Source: Ignavibacteria bacterium (GTDB lineage: Bacteria; Bacteroidota; Ignavibacteria; Tepidaquicellales; OLB5). Taken from it: a DNA stretch of 64,000 nucleotides. Location: the NCBI GenBank assembly GCA_020852705.1, contig JADZAP010000027.1:68577-132576 (forward strand), read 5' to 3'. The translations under genes were made by a program, and so were the position numbers. Of the stretch, positions 46,871 through 56,971 are shown piece by piece. Numbering within the stretch: position 1 is the first letter of the stretch; every line of letters starts with the position of its first letter. The notes below the pieces were generated by a model, which was not told where the DNA came from, did no database searches, and worked only from the letters and a program-made list of their open reading frames with translations.

Positions 46871-47512
46871 ATGGGACTAAAAACCGACCTGATCTACTAT
46901 TCAAAACTTTGCAGTAAAAGCGGATTTGTGAAAGCTAATGACGGAAACCTTAGTGTAAGAACAAAGTATAATTATATCCTTTCAACTGCATCAAGAACAA
47001 ATAAACAAAATATTAAGTTAGCAGATCTTTTAAAATGCGATATTAACGGTAAAAAGTTATCAGGCAATCGAGAACTTTCTACAGAGCTTAAATTACATCT
47101 GTTTATATATAAAAAGAGAAATGATATAAATGCTGTGATACATTCTCATCCTCTTTACATTACCTCTTACTCTGCCGCTAGAGAGAAACTTTCTGCAAAT
47201 CTGCTTCCTGAAATATATATGATGTTTGGCAAAATTCCTCTAGCAAAGTTTGCAAGCCCTTCTACTGATGAAGTGCCAAAATCAATAGAACCTTTTATAA
47301 AGAAGTACAATGCAGTGATATTGGCAAATCACTGACTTGTAGTTTATGGCAGAACACTTGAGGAAACCTTTTTTATGACCGTAAAACTTGAGCAATATGC
47401 TAATATTTGCTTTAACGCTAAAATGCTTGGTGTACCAAAATTTTTAACAAAGCAGCAGCTTAAAAAACTTGATGAATTGAAAAATACAAATTATAAATCT
47501 TATTTTAATTAA
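46871..47512 (+). pseudogene. class II aldolase/adducin-family gene interrupted by one in-frame TGA
   Basis: Motifs are GNLSVR, STELKLH, AVIHSHP and ILANH. TGA (47333-47335) then occupies the position of the conserved Gly. The same frame stays open for 58 more codons (LVVYGRTLEETFFMTVKLEQYA...) to TAA at 47510-47512. Total length is about 213 codons, which is full length for the family. Confidence 0.75.
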
Positions 47513-47534
47513 TAATAAAAATTAACAATAAAAA

Positions 47535-48569
47535 TTGAATATAATAGTTTTAACAGGAGGAACGTCATCTGAACGAAATGTTGCCCTTGCATCTGGCAAA
47601 GCAATTGCAAATGCTCTTAGAGAAGAAGGAAATAATGTAACTGTGGTTGACCCAGTTTACGGAGCTGAGCAGCCGGATGAGGGTAAAATATTTTCAGACA
47701 GACCTGCAATAGGTAAGGAGTTTCCCACTGCAGCAGAGCTTAACCGCTACAGCAATAAAAAAGTAATTGAGTGTATTAACTCCAAACTTTTTGATAATAT
47801 AGAAATAGTATTTTTAGGGCTCCACGGAAAGTTTGGTGAAGATGGAAGGATACAATCTTTGCTTGAAATGCGGGGAGTTAAATATACCGGGACGGGAGTT
47901 ACCTCGAGTGCAATGGCGATGGATAAAAACATTTCAAAAATAATGTTTACACATTATGGTGTATTAACACCAAAATGGCTGATGATAAAAAAAGGTATAA
48001 ATGATAAAGAGAAGACAGATGATAACATAAAATTAAATATTGGCGGGTATCCCGCGGTTATAAAACCAAATGATGAGGGTTCTACTGTTGGGCTTTCAAT
48101 TATTCAGCCCGATGTTGAAGATGTACAGCTTGGTACTGCCCTGTTAAATGCATTTGAGTATTCAGAAAATGTAATGGCAGAAGAATATATTGAAGGAAGA
48201 GAGCTAACTGTTGGTGTGCTTGGAGGTATTGCTTTGCCAGTTGTTGAAATTAAACCTAAAGATGGGTTCTATGATTATACGCATAAATATACAAAGGGAT
48301 ATACGGAATATATTTGTCCAGCTGATTTGCCGGATAGACTTGCAAAACATATTCAGGAACAGGCATTGATTGCTAATAGGTCTTTAAACTGTGAGGTGTA
48401 TTCAAGGGTTGATTTCAGACTTAACAGCAAAAATGAAGCATACTGTTTAGAAGTAAATACACTTCCCGGAATGACAGAACTTAGTCTTGTACCCAAGGCA
48501 GCAGAAGCTACAGGAATTAATTTTAATGCATTGTTAAACAAGATTATTGAATTAAGTTTGAATAAATAA
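47535..48569 (+). CDS. ddl: D-alanine--D-alanine ligase
   Basis: 344 aa with VLTGGTSSEREVAL-type N-terminus (here NVAL), LHGKFGEDG, GSTVGLS and EVNTLPGMT. A TTG start is implied. Confidence 0.9.
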   Translation: MNIIVLTGGTSSERNVALASGKAIANALREEGNNVTVVDPVYGAEQPDEGKIFSDRPAIGKEFPTAAELNRYSNKKVIECINSKLFDNIEIVFLGLHGKFGEDGRIQSLLEMRGVKYTGTGVTSSAMAMDKNISKIMFTHYGVLTPKWLMIKKGINDKEKTDDNIKLNIGGYPAVIKPNDEGSTVGLSIIQPDVEDVQLGTALLNAFEYSENVMAEEYIEGRELTVGVLGGIALPVVEIKPKDGFYDYTHKYTKGYTEYICPADLPDRLAKHIQEQALIANRSLNCEVYSRVDFRLNSKNEAYCLEVNTLPGMTELSLVPKAAEATGINFNALLNKIIELSLNK

Positions 48570-48581
48570 TTTAGTATTTTA

Positions 48582-48914
48582 ATGCAAATGAAAGACGATA
48601 GCTTTGTTAAAAATATAATAAGATATGTATATCACAGGCGGAAGTTTTTCTTTTTTATATTTGTTCTAATAGCGGTTCTTTCATACGCCGTATTCGGGAA
48701 AAAAGGTATTATGCAGCGTTTTGAACTTGAAATTGAAAACCGTGAATTAAAGGAAAAGCTAAAAGCTGAACAGGATAGATCTATTATGCTGCAGAAAGAA
48801 ATTGACGAATTAAAAACATCTGACAGAAAGATAGAGAAAGTTGCCCGTGAAAAGTATAATATGGTAAAAGAGGGAGAAGAAATATATAAAGTTGTAACAG
48901 ATAGTGCTAAGTAG
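48582..48914 (+). CDS. septum formation initiator (FtsB/DivIC-like)
   Basis: 110 aa with one TM, then a coiled coil, then IEKVAREKYNMVKEGEEIY. Confidence 0.7.
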   Translation: MQMKDDSFVKNIIRYVYHRRKFFFFIFVLIAVLSYAVFGKKGIMQRFELEIENRELKEKLKAEQDRSIMLQKEIDELKTSDRKIEKVAREKYNMVKEGEEIYKVVTDSAK

Positions 48915-48968
48915 CTTTATCCAATAATGCTGTATAACTGACTCTTATTAAAACTAAATAAATTTTAT

Positions 48969-49979
48969 ATGAAAAATATAATTACTACTTTAAAGGAAAT
49001 TCTTGCAATAAGCTCTCCAACTGGATATACTATTGAAATAATTTCACGTCTTGAAAAATTATTTTCAGGATTAGATGTAAAAATCTCTAAAACAAATAAG
49101 GGTTCACTTCTGGTAAGTTTTACAGAAAATCCGGAACTTATTATTACCGGTCATATTGATACCCTTGGTGCTATGGTTAGGCAAATTAAAGAAGATGGAA
49201 CCTTGGAAATTACACGGATAGGCGGACTAGAGCTTAATTCATTTGAAGGCGAATATGTTACAATCCGAAATTTTGAAGGTAAGCAATTTAGAGGCACATT
49301 TCTTTTAAATAATCCTGCAAGCCATGTAAATAAAAAAATTGGAGAAACAAAACGCTCATGTGAAAATATGTCAATCAGGCTTGATGAGTTAGTAAGTACG
49401 GCAGAAGATGTTTTAAATCTTGGTATAAATGTTGGTGATTTTATTTTTTATGATACAAGATTTGAATATACGTCAAGCGGGTTTGTAAAAAGCCGCTTTC
49501 TTGATGATAAGGCATGTGCTGCCATTATGATAGAGCTTATAAAAGAATATTCTTCAAAAAAGATAAAGCCAAACTGTGGTTTTTACTTCTCAAATTATGA
49601 AGAAGTAGGACATGGTTCTTGTGTTGGCATTCCGGATTCAGCTAAAGAACTGCTTGTATTAGATATGGCTGTTATTGGCGAGGGTTGTGCCGGCAGGGAA
49701 GATGCACTTTCAATTTGTGTAAAAGATTCAACCGGACCTTATGACTTTACAATGACTAATAGACTTCGTGAACTTGCAATAAATAATAAAATCAATTTTG
49801 TAACTGATATTTATCCGTACTACGGCTCAGATGGCTCTGCTGCACTTGCTGCAGGTTATGATGTACGTGTTGGTTTAATTGGTCCTGGAGTTTCAGCATC
49901 TCACGGAGTAGAACGCACTCATGAAAAGGCGCTGTATGAAACTTATAAACTGACCAAGTTGTATATTGATAATTTTTAA
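48969..49979 (+). CDS. M42 family metallopeptidase
   Basis: 336 aa with SPTGY, GHIDTLGAMVRQI..DG.L...RIGG, DDKACAA and EEVGHGS motifs. Confidence 0.8.
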   Translation: MKNIITTLKEILAISSPTGYTIEIISRLEKLFSGLDVKISKTNKGSLLVSFTENPELIITGHIDTLGAMVRQIKEDGTLEITRIGGLELNSFEGEYVTIRNFEGKQFRGTFLLNNPASHVNKKIGETKRSCENMSIRLDELVSTAEDVLNLGINVGDFIFYDTRFEYTSSGFVKSRFLDDKACAAIMIELIKEYSSKKIKPNCGFYFSNYEEVGHGSCVGIPDSAKELLVLDMAVIGEGCAGREDALSICVKDSTGPYDFTMTNRLRELAINNKINFVTDIYPYYGSDGSAALAAGYDVRVGLIGPGVSASHGVERTHEKALYETYKLTKLYIDNF

Positions 49980-49996
49980 TGAATAATATTTTCATC

Positions 49997-50022
49997 AGGC
50001 AGGTTATAAACCTGCCTTTTTG
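49997..50022 (+). terminator. rho-independent terminator
   Basis: The stem aggcaggtt/aacctgcct is 9 bp with a 3-nt loop, followed by a T-run. It lies 18 nt after the M42 stop. Confidence 0.8.
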
Positions 50023-50065
50023 TTTGTACTAATATTGCTAAAATTGTTTATAAAACTTAATAAAT

Positions 50066-51400
50066 TTGGATCTCTTTGAAAATGTAAATATTAAGCAGGT
50101 AAATCAAAAAGAGCAGCAGAGATTTCAGCCGCTTGCAGAGCGTATGCGTCCGGAGATACTGGATGAATTTGCAGGTCAAAAACATCTGATTGGCGAAGGT
50201 AAACCCATACGCAAAATGATAGAAAATAATGATGTATTTTCCATGATTTTCTGGGGACCTCCGGGAGTTGGGAAAACTACTCTTGCTTTAATAATTGCTA
50301 AGAAAGTATACGCGGAATTTATCCAGATATCTGCAGTGTCATCCGGAGTAAAGGATGTACGGCAGGCAATAGAAAAAGCCGAGTTAAACCAAAAACATTT
50401 AAACAGGCGGACAATTTTATTTATAGATGAAATTCATCGCTTTAATAAAGCTCAGCAGGATTCATTACTTCACAGTGTAGAGAGCGGTGTAATTACACTT
50501 ATTGGCGCAACAACAGAAAATCCTTCATTTGAAGTGATACCACCGCTTCTTTCAAGGTGCAGGGTATATATACTTGAAGATCTTTCTGAAGGGGATCTGC
50601 TTATACTAGCCAAAAATGCAATCGTAAAAGATGCAGAGATTTCAAAATATAAGATTAAAATTCAGGATGAAAAACTTCTGCTGAAGTTTTCAGGCGGTGA
50701 TGCACGGCGGCTGCTTAATGGTCTTGAGCTTGCAGTTAAATCAACAATACCTGAAAGTAACGGATCTTTAACAATTACAAATGAAATACTAAAAGAAGCA
50801 TTTCAAAAGAATTACATTAGGTATGATAAGAATGCAGAAGAACATTATAATATTATTTCAGCATTTATTAAATCAATTCGCGGAAGTGATCCGGATGCTG
50901 CAGTTTATTGGCTTGCCAGAATGCTGAAAGGAGGCGAAGACCCAAAGTTTATTGCCCGCAGAATGATAGTACTTGCATCAGAGGATATTGGCAATGCAGA
51001 TCCTTATGGAATTACAATTGCAACATCAGCTTTTACAGCTGTTAACTATATTGGAATGCCTGAAGCGCGTTTAGTTCTTTCGCAGGCAGCGACATATTTA
51101 GCAAGTGCCCCCAAGAGCAATGCATCTTATATTGCAATTTCTGATGCAATAGCTGAAGTGGAAAATACAGGAGAGCTTTCTGTTCCGTTGCATCTGCGTA
51201 ATGCGCCAACAAAGCTTATGAAGGATTTAGAGTATGGGAAAGATTATAAATATTCTCATGATTTTGAGGGACACTTTACGGAACAGCAATATTTGCCTGA
51301 AGAATTAAAGGATAAAGTTTATTACAAACCAAAGGGCATTGGCGAGGAATCAAAAATTAAAGATCGCCTTAAGAACTGGTGGAAATTTAAAAAAAGATAA
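50066..51400 (+). CDS. rarA: replication-associated recombination protein A (AAA+ ATPase)
   Basis: 444 aa with PLAERMRP, Walker A GPPGVGKTT, FIDEIHRFNK, GATTENPSF, SGGDARR and HLRNAPT. A TTG start is implied. Confidence 0.9.
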   Translation: MDLFENVNIKQVNQKEQQRFQPLAERMRPEILDEFAGQKHLIGEGKPIRKMIENNDVFSMIFWGPPGVGKTTLALIIAKKVYAEFIQISAVSSGVKDVRQAIEKAELNQKHLNRRTILFIDEIHRFNKAQQDSLLHSVESGVITLIGATTENPSFEVIPPLLSRCRVYILEDLSEGDLLILAKNAIVKDAEISKYKIKIQDEKLLLKFSGGDARRLLNGLELAVKSTIPESNGSLTITNEILKEAFQKNYIRYDKNAEEHYNIISAFIKSIRGSDPDAAVYWLARMLKGGEDPKFIARRMIVLASEDIGNADPYGITIATSAFTAVNYIGMPEARLVLSQAATYLASAPKSNASYIAISDAIAEVENTGELSVPLHLRNAPTKLMKDLEYGKDYKYSHDFEGHFTEQQYLPEELKDKVYYKPKGIGEESKIKDRLKNWWKFKKR

Positions 51401-51417
51401 TGAGGTAATTTTATAAT

Positions 51418-52350
51418 ATGATAACTCTTAAAACAAAACAGGAAAAAACAAATTATGCTGTTGGAATTGATCTGGGAGGTACCTATATCAAATCCGGCAT
51501 TGTTGATTCTAAAGGTAAGATAATAAAACAATTTAAAACAGATACTTTTGCAGATGTTTCGCCCAAAAAAGTTCTAAGCCAAATAGAGCTATCAGTTGAT
51601 ACACTGCTTAAGAGTTTTAAAAAAAATATCAGCGGAATAGGGATTGGTGCTCCTGGGATTGTTACAAACGGGGTAATGAAATACCCCCCTAACTTTAAAG
51701 AGTGGAAAGAAGTTGAACTTGCAGACCATATCAAAAAAAAGTATAAAATAGAATGCATTGCTGATAATGATGCAAATTGTGCCGGGCTTGCTGAGCTGAA
51801 ATTTGGGCATGGTTCAAAAAACTCTAATTTTATTTTTTTAACCTTAGGTACAGGCATTGGAGGGGCAATTGTTATCAATGGAAAAATATACAGGGGTGAG
51901 CAAAACGGTGCTGGGGAGTTTGGCATGATGACCATAAATTATAACGGACAGGAATGTCTTGGCGGCAACAGGGGAGCAATAGAAGCTTATTTAGGCAGAA
52001 ATTATTTTCTGGAACAAAACAAACATGAGATAAATAAATTAGGAAAAAATATTGATTTCAAAGAAATTACACAGTATGCAAATAATGGCAATAAAACTGC
52101 AAAAAAACTGTTAAATTTGTATGGATATTATCTTGGTGTAGGTATTACTAATTATTTTAATCTGATGGATGTAAGAACCGCTGTTTTGGGCGGAGGTATT
52201 TCAAATTCATACAGTCATTTTATAGGTACTTTAAATAAAACAATTAAAGCAAGAGCATTAAAAACAATCAGAAATAAATTCCGAGTGCTGCGTTCGAAAA
52301 TTAATAATAATGCCGGTATACTAGGTGCAGCTGCTTTAATATTTGAATGA
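51418..52350 (+). CDS. ROK family sugar kinase (glucokinase-like)
   Basis: 310 aa with GIDLGGT, DNDANCA, GTGIGGA and GEFGMM. The usual CxCGxxGCxE zinc motif instead reads CLGGNRGAIE. Confidence 0.8.
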   Translation: MITLKTKQEKTNYAVGIDLGGTYIKSGIVDSKGKIIKQFKTDTFADVSPKKVLSQIELSVDTLLKSFKKNISGIGIGAPGIVTNGVMKYPPNFKEWKEVELADHIKKKYKIECIADNDANCAGLAELKFGHGSKNSNFIFLTLGTGIGGAIVINGKIYRGEQNGAGEFGMMTINYNGQECLGGNRGAIEAYLGRNYFLEQNKHEINKLGKNIDFKEITQYANNGNKTAKKLLNLYGYYLGVGITNYFNLMDVRTAVLGGGISNSYSHFIGTLNKTIKARALKTIRNKFRVLRSKINNNAGILGAAALIFE

Positions 52351-52407
52351 AACTCAGTATTATTAAAGTTTTTATATTTTTAAATTTATATTAAATAATT
52401 TTATTTT

Positions 52408-53178
52408 ATGGGCTTAAAAAATATTCTGTATAAAGTAGAAGGCGGAATTGCTGAAATTGTTCTTAACCGCCCAGAAAAGATGAATTCGCTGGATGAAGAC
52501 CTTATTATTGATTTAAGTAATATGATGATGGATTTTTCAATTAATGATGAAGTTAGTGTTGTTGTAATTTCAGGTGCAGATGACAATTTCTGTTCTGGAT
52601 TATATTTAGATTATCTTCAAAAAATATCTGAATATGATATACTTCAGAACAAAGAAGATTCCCGAAAGTTTAAAGATATGCTGATGAATATTTATAACTG
52701 TCAAAAACCTGTAATTGCAAAAGTAAAAGGGTACTGTTTAGCAGGAGGGTGCGGAATTGCTTCTGCTTGTGATATTATTATTGCAGATGAAACTGCAAAG
52801 TTTGGTTATACAGAAGTAAAAATTGGATTTATTCCGGCAATTGTTATGCCATTTTTGCTTAAACGTGTAAGTGAAACCCATGCAAAGGATATGCTGCTTA
52901 CCGCAAGAATGGTTAATGCGGATGATGCTTTTAGAATGGGATTTATAAATCATTATGTTAATTCAATTGAGCTTGATGAAAGAGTAAATGAAATTGCTAA
53001 ATTATTTATAAAAAATTCTGCGTCATCATTAAAGTTAACAAAGGAAATGTTTGCAAATATTTCAGGTATGGATTTTGAGAAAGCACTTGAGTATGCATGT
53101 GACTTAAATGCCATCACAAGAATGACACCTGATTGCAAAAACGGTGTAATGAAATTTTTAAGTAAACAAAAGTCTTGA
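52408..53178 (+). CDS. enoyl-CoA hydratase/isomerase family protein
   Basis: 256 aa with LNRPEKMNSL, FCSGLYL, GYCLAGGCG and FGYTEVKIG motifs. Confidence 0.85.
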   Translation: MGLKNILYKVEGGIAEIVLNRPEKMNSLDEDLIIDLSNMMMDFSINDEVSVVVISGADDNFCSGLYLDYLQKISEYDILQNKEDSRKFKDMLMNIYNCQKPVIAKVKGYCLAGGCGIASACDIIIADETAKFGYTEVKIGFIPAIVMPFLLKRVSETHAKDMLLTARMVNADDAFRMGFINHYVNSIELDERVNEIAKLFIKNSASSLKLTKEMFANISGMDFEKALEYACDLNAITRMTPDCKNGVMKFLSKQKS

Positions 53179-53237
53179 TTTGCCTTATCAAAAAGTTGTA
53201 TAGGCAGAAAACACATTGAATAAATATTTATCAAAGA

Positions 53238-53891
53238 ATGCTTCATAAAAGTACATTTGATTTTTTAAGGAAACTGAAAAAGAATAATAACCGTGAGTGG
53301 TTTTGGGCAAATAAAAAACTTTATGATGATGCAAGGTATGATTTTGAAGTTTTTATTTTTGAGCTGATCCAGAAGCTTGCTGAATTTGATGAATCGGTTT
53401 CAGGGTTAGAGCCAAAGGAATGTATGTTCAGAATATACAAAGATGTACGGTTTTCGAAAGATAAGACACCATATAAAACAAATTTTGGTGCAGCAATAAA
53501 TGAAGGCGGCAGAAAAATGCCTTATGCAGGTTATTATATACATATTTCACCGGCTGAATGTTTTATTGCCAGCGGATTATATATGCCGCCACCCGATAAA
53601 TTATTGCTTGTAAGAAATAAAATTGCTTCAAAACCAAATGAGTTTAATAAGATTGTTGAAAATAATGAATTTAAAAAATATTTTGGCAGGCTTTGGGATG
53701 GCGATACTTTAAAAACAGTTCCAAAGGGATTTGAAAAAGATCATCCTATGCTGAAATATCTTAAACTGAAAAGTTTTATTGCTGAACATATGACCAGTGA
53801 AGAAAAAGCTTTGAAAAAAAATTATGCTGACACCTCTGCGAAGGTTCTGAAAGTATTAAAACCGCTTAATAATTTCTTAAACAATTTATAA
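53238..53891 (+). CDS. DUF2461 (TIGR02453) family protein
   Basis: 217 aa with FDFLRKLKKNNNREWF, RIYKDVRFSKDKTPYK and GLYMP motifs. Confidence 0.8.
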   Translation: MLHKSTFDFLRKLKKNNNREWFWANKKLYDDARYDFEVFIFELIQKLAEFDESVSGLEPKECMFRIYKDVRFSKDKTPYKTNFGAAINEGGRKMPYAGYYIHISPAECFIASGLYMPPPDKLLLVRNKIASKPNEFNKIVENNEFKKYFGRLWDGDTLKTVPKGFEKDHPMLKYLKLKSFIAEHMTSEEKALKKNYADTSAKVLKVLKPLNNFLNNL

Positions 53892-53953
53892 TGGGAAGTT
53901 TTAAAAATATTCCATTATTGCCTAAATCCGAAGTTTCTATTTAAAAAGTAAAA

Positions 53954-54454
53954 TTACATATCTACTTTAATAATTATCTGCTGGATAATTGTTCCCTTAT
54001 CATCAAAATCTTTAATAGATGTATATGATTTATTGTTAAGGTTATTTTTAATATAGCCTGTAACTAGAATATCAGAAACAGTACCCGAAACGGTCATTTC
54101 TTTATCGGGAGAAGTACTCATTAAAAGGTTATCTCCTTTTTGCACCGCTATAACAAAAATACCAAAATAACCTGTTTTGTTATCTGAAGTATAAACTTCT
54201 TTAGATTTTAGTGAAGTTTTATCTTCTTTTCTGTCATAAGTAATAGAGTCTGATGTAGTTATTTTAATAGATACACTTGTGCCAATAAGACTATTTAGTT
54301 TTTTGTATGCTAATACCTCTTTTTTAGCCGGCAGTTCATCAGAATCATATATATTGTACATTTCGCTGCAAAGTTTTTCAAGATCTATTGTTCCCGCTTT
54401 AATATTTAATGCAAATATCAATAATGCTGAAAAAAATAATATAAAATATCTCAT
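53954..54454 (-). CDS. hypothetical secreted protein
   Basis: 166 aa with a signal peptide (FILFFSALLIFALNIKA). No family recognised. It is the lone minus-strand gene between plus-strand neighbours. Confidence 0.4.
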   Translation of the reverse strand: MRYFILFFSALLIFALNIKAGTIDLEKLCSEMYNIYDSDELPAKKEVLAYKKLNSLIGTSVSIKITTSDSITYDRKEDKTSLKSKEVYTSDNKTGYFGIFVIAVQKGDNLLMSTSPDKEMTVSGTVSDILVTGYIKNNLNNKSYTSIKDFDDKGTIIQQIIIKVDM

Positions 54455-54633
54455 TTTTATATAAATTTTATTGTATGATTATTGTTAAAGTTAAAATTTT
54501 TAATTTATCTTTGAAACAGAAAAATGCGGTATTATATAAATATATCGCTTAATTGCTTGTTAGGGTAAATAAAAGCACTCAAATCTGTAAAGTCAAATTA
54601 ATATATTTGTATATAAATAAATAAATTAAATAT

Positions 54634-55587
54634 ATGGCTCTGGTAAATTCAACCAAACGATTAAAGAAAAAGATAGGAATTATTGGTTTTCCCATGGATT
54701 TAGGGGCAGATAGACGCGGTGTAGATATGGGTCCCTCTGCGCTTCGCTATGCAAATGTTCAGCAAAAGCTTGAAAAAATGGGTTATACTGTAAAAGATTT
54801 TGGTGATATTTTAATTGAAGGTGCAGAAACATTACAAGTTAAAAACCCAAAACTAAAATATCTTCCTGAGATTGTAAGGTCTTCAAAAATTCTGGCTAAA
54901 AAAGTTGAATCATTGTTAAACCGGAATTTTTTTCCACTGATATTGGGAGGAGATCATGCTTCTGCAATTGGCAGTATTGCAGGTATTTCAAGCTGGTGCA
55001 GAAAAAATAAAAAAACTTTAGGTGTTATCTGGATTGATGCACATTCTGATATGAATACACCAGATACCACTCCTTCGGGAAACATTCACGGAATGCCTTT
55101 AGCTGTTTCACTTGGGGTAGGTGAAAAAAAATTAACCGGCATAGGTGGTTTTACGCCTAAGGTTTTGCCAGAAAATACTGCTCTGATCGGAATACGTGAT
55201 GTTGACCAATTGGAAGCAGTTACTGTAAAAAATTACAGAAATAGGGGTATGCAGGTTTACACAATGACAGATGTTGATAAACAAGGTGTAACAAGAATTA
55301 TTGCAAGAGTATTAAATGATTTTAAGAAAGTAGTTGATCATATTCATATAAGTTTTGATCTTGACGGAGTTGACCCTGATTTTGCAGGCGGCGTAGGTAC
55401 ACCTGTTGAAGGAGGACTTACCTACCGTGAAGCATCTGTAATTATGGAAATGGTTGCTGATTGCGGATGCATGAGTTCGTTAGAAATGCTGGAAGTTAAC
55501 CCAATACTTGATACCAAAAATGAAACCAGCGAGCTAGCTGTAGATTTTATTGAATCAGCGCTGGGTAAATCAATATTATTTGAGTAA
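54634..55587 (+). CDS. rocF: arginase (ureohydrolase family)
   Basis: 317 aa with the Mn-binding motifs GGDHASAIG, DAHSDMNT and SFDLDGVDP. Assignment to arginase rather than agmatinase or formiminoglutamase rests on overall resemblance only. Confidence 0.75.
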   Translation: MALVNSTKRLKKKIGIIGFPMDLGADRRGVDMGPSALRYANVQQKLEKMGYTVKDFGDILIEGAETLQVKNPKLKYLPEIVRSSKILAKKVESLLNRNFFPLILGGDHASAIGSIAGISSWCRKNKKTLGVIWIDAHSDMNTPDTTPSGNIHGMPLAVSLGVGEKKLTGIGGFTPKVLPENTALIGIRDVDQLEAVTVKNYRNRGMQVYTMTDVDKQGVTRIIARVLNDFKKVVDHIHISFDLDGVDPDFAGGVGTPVEGGLTYREASVIMEMVADCGCMSSLEMLEVNPILDTKNETSELAVDFIESALGKSILFE

Positions 55588-55721
55588 TAAATATTATAAA
55601 TTAAATTAATATTAAAAAGCTTTAGAATGAGCTTGTACAACAGTAATAATTTTCCTATAAATCAAACTGCAAGTTTATTCGTTATTAATTTCATTTATTA
55701 TAATGAATTGCTTGAAATCAA

Positions 55722-56783
55722 ATGAAGAACACAAAACATTTCCTTTTCGATTTATCTTTAACAGAACTAGCAGAAATAATTAAAACATACGGAGAGCCTG
55801 CTTACCGTGCTAAGCAGATTTATGAACAAATATATAAAAAGTATGCTTCTTCATTTGAAAAAATGAATGGTTTACCAAAAGAGCTTCGCAGAAAACTTTA
55901 TGATCAATTTGATTTTTCACATTTAACTCTGCAGATAGATAAGCTTTCAAGTGATGGATATACAAGGAAAATTTTATTCAGATTAGATGATGGTGCTCAA
56001 ATTGAAACGGTGCTGATGGGCTATACAGTACGCAGAACAGCGTGTATATCAACACAGGCAGGGTGTGCTTTGGGATGTACATTTTGTGCAACAGGGCAGG
56101 GCGGTTTACAAAGGAATATTTCTGCCGGCGAAATTGTTGAGCAAGTCATGTTTTTTGAACATTTGCTTAATAAGAAAAATGAGAAACTTACAAACTTGGT
56201 TTTTATGGGAATGGGTGAACCGTTTGCAAACTATAAGGCGGTAATGAAAGCAATTGATATTTTAACAGATCCAAATGGATTTAATTTTGGGGCTCGCAGG
56301 ATAACAATCAGCACGGTTGGAATTGTTCCGATGATAGAAAAATTTGCAGATGAGAAAAGACAGGTTAATCTGGCAGTTTCACTGCATGCAGCAACAGATG
56401 AATTAAGACAATCAATGCTGCCTATAAATAAGAGATATGGATTAAATGTTTTAATTAATGCCTGCCGTGATTATGTAAAAAAAACTGGCAGAAGGATCAG
56501 CTTTGAATGGGCATTAATTGATAATGTGAATGATACTCCTGAACAGGCAATTGCTCTTGCTCATCTTTTAAAGGGAATGACAGCTCATGTTAATTTTATT
56601 CCTTTAAATCCAACACACGGTTTTACCGGCAATGAATCAAAACAAAAGCGGATTGCAAAATTCAGAGAAATACTTAATAATGCCGGAATTGCAAATACAT
56701 TAAGAATTAGACGCGGAATTGATATTAATGCGGGATGCGGACAGTTAAAACAGGAAACTGCAGAAAACAATAAGATTAAATAA
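55722..56783 (+). CDS. rlmN: 23S rRNA (adenine2503-C2)-methyltransferase
   Basis: 353 aa with AYRAKQIYE, the radical-SAM motif CALGCTFCATG, GMGEP and a C-terminal GCGQL. Confidence 0.9.
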   Translation: MKNTKHFLFDLSLTELAEIIKTYGEPAYRAKQIYEQIYKKYASSFEKMNGLPKELRRKLYDQFDFSHLTLQIDKLSSDGYTRKILFRLDDGAQIETVLMGYTVRRTACISTQAGCALGCTFCATGQGGLQRNISAGEIVEQVMFFEHLLNKKNEKLTNLVFMGMGEPFANYKAVMKAIDILTDPNGFNFGARRITISTVGIVPMIEKFADEKRQVNLAVSLHAATDELRQSMLPINKRYGLNVLINACRDYVKKTGRRISFEWALIDNVNDTPEQAIALAHLLKGMTAHVNFIPLNPTHGFTGNESKQKRIAKFREILNNAGIANTLRIRRGIDINAGCGQLKQETAENNKIK

Positions 56784-56971
56784 TCATTCTCACATAATAT
56801 CCCTGACATTAATCATATTTCAAGATGATGTATATTATAGATATTACTTATTAAAAGAGTTATTTTTGATTTAAAAGGATTTACATTAACAGAATTTAAT
56901 TCTGTAATTAAATGGGTAAACTATTTGATAAATCTAAAATATATAGTTTTAATTTAAAAGTATAAATATAT

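Noticed and set aside
47333-47335. In-frame TGA read as glycine (genetic code 25) or selenocysteine
   Set aside because: TGA clearly terminates several conserved genes at their expected ends in this window, so the genome does not reassign TGA. Selenocysteine at a structural Gly position of a class II aldolase has no precedent that I know of. No SECIS-like hairpin is obvious directly downstream.
51483-51935. 150-aa minus-strand ORF in the track, and similar ones at 62-268, 2061-2273, 6800-7171, 10056-10325, 11879-12148, 34 kb, 45748-46110, 52953-53246 and 58073-58333
   Set aside because: All lie antisense to or overlap well-supported conserved genes. Their compositions are low-complexity or hydrophobic, as expected from reading AT-rich coding DNA backwards. 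They have no recognisable motifs. I treat them as shadow ORFs.
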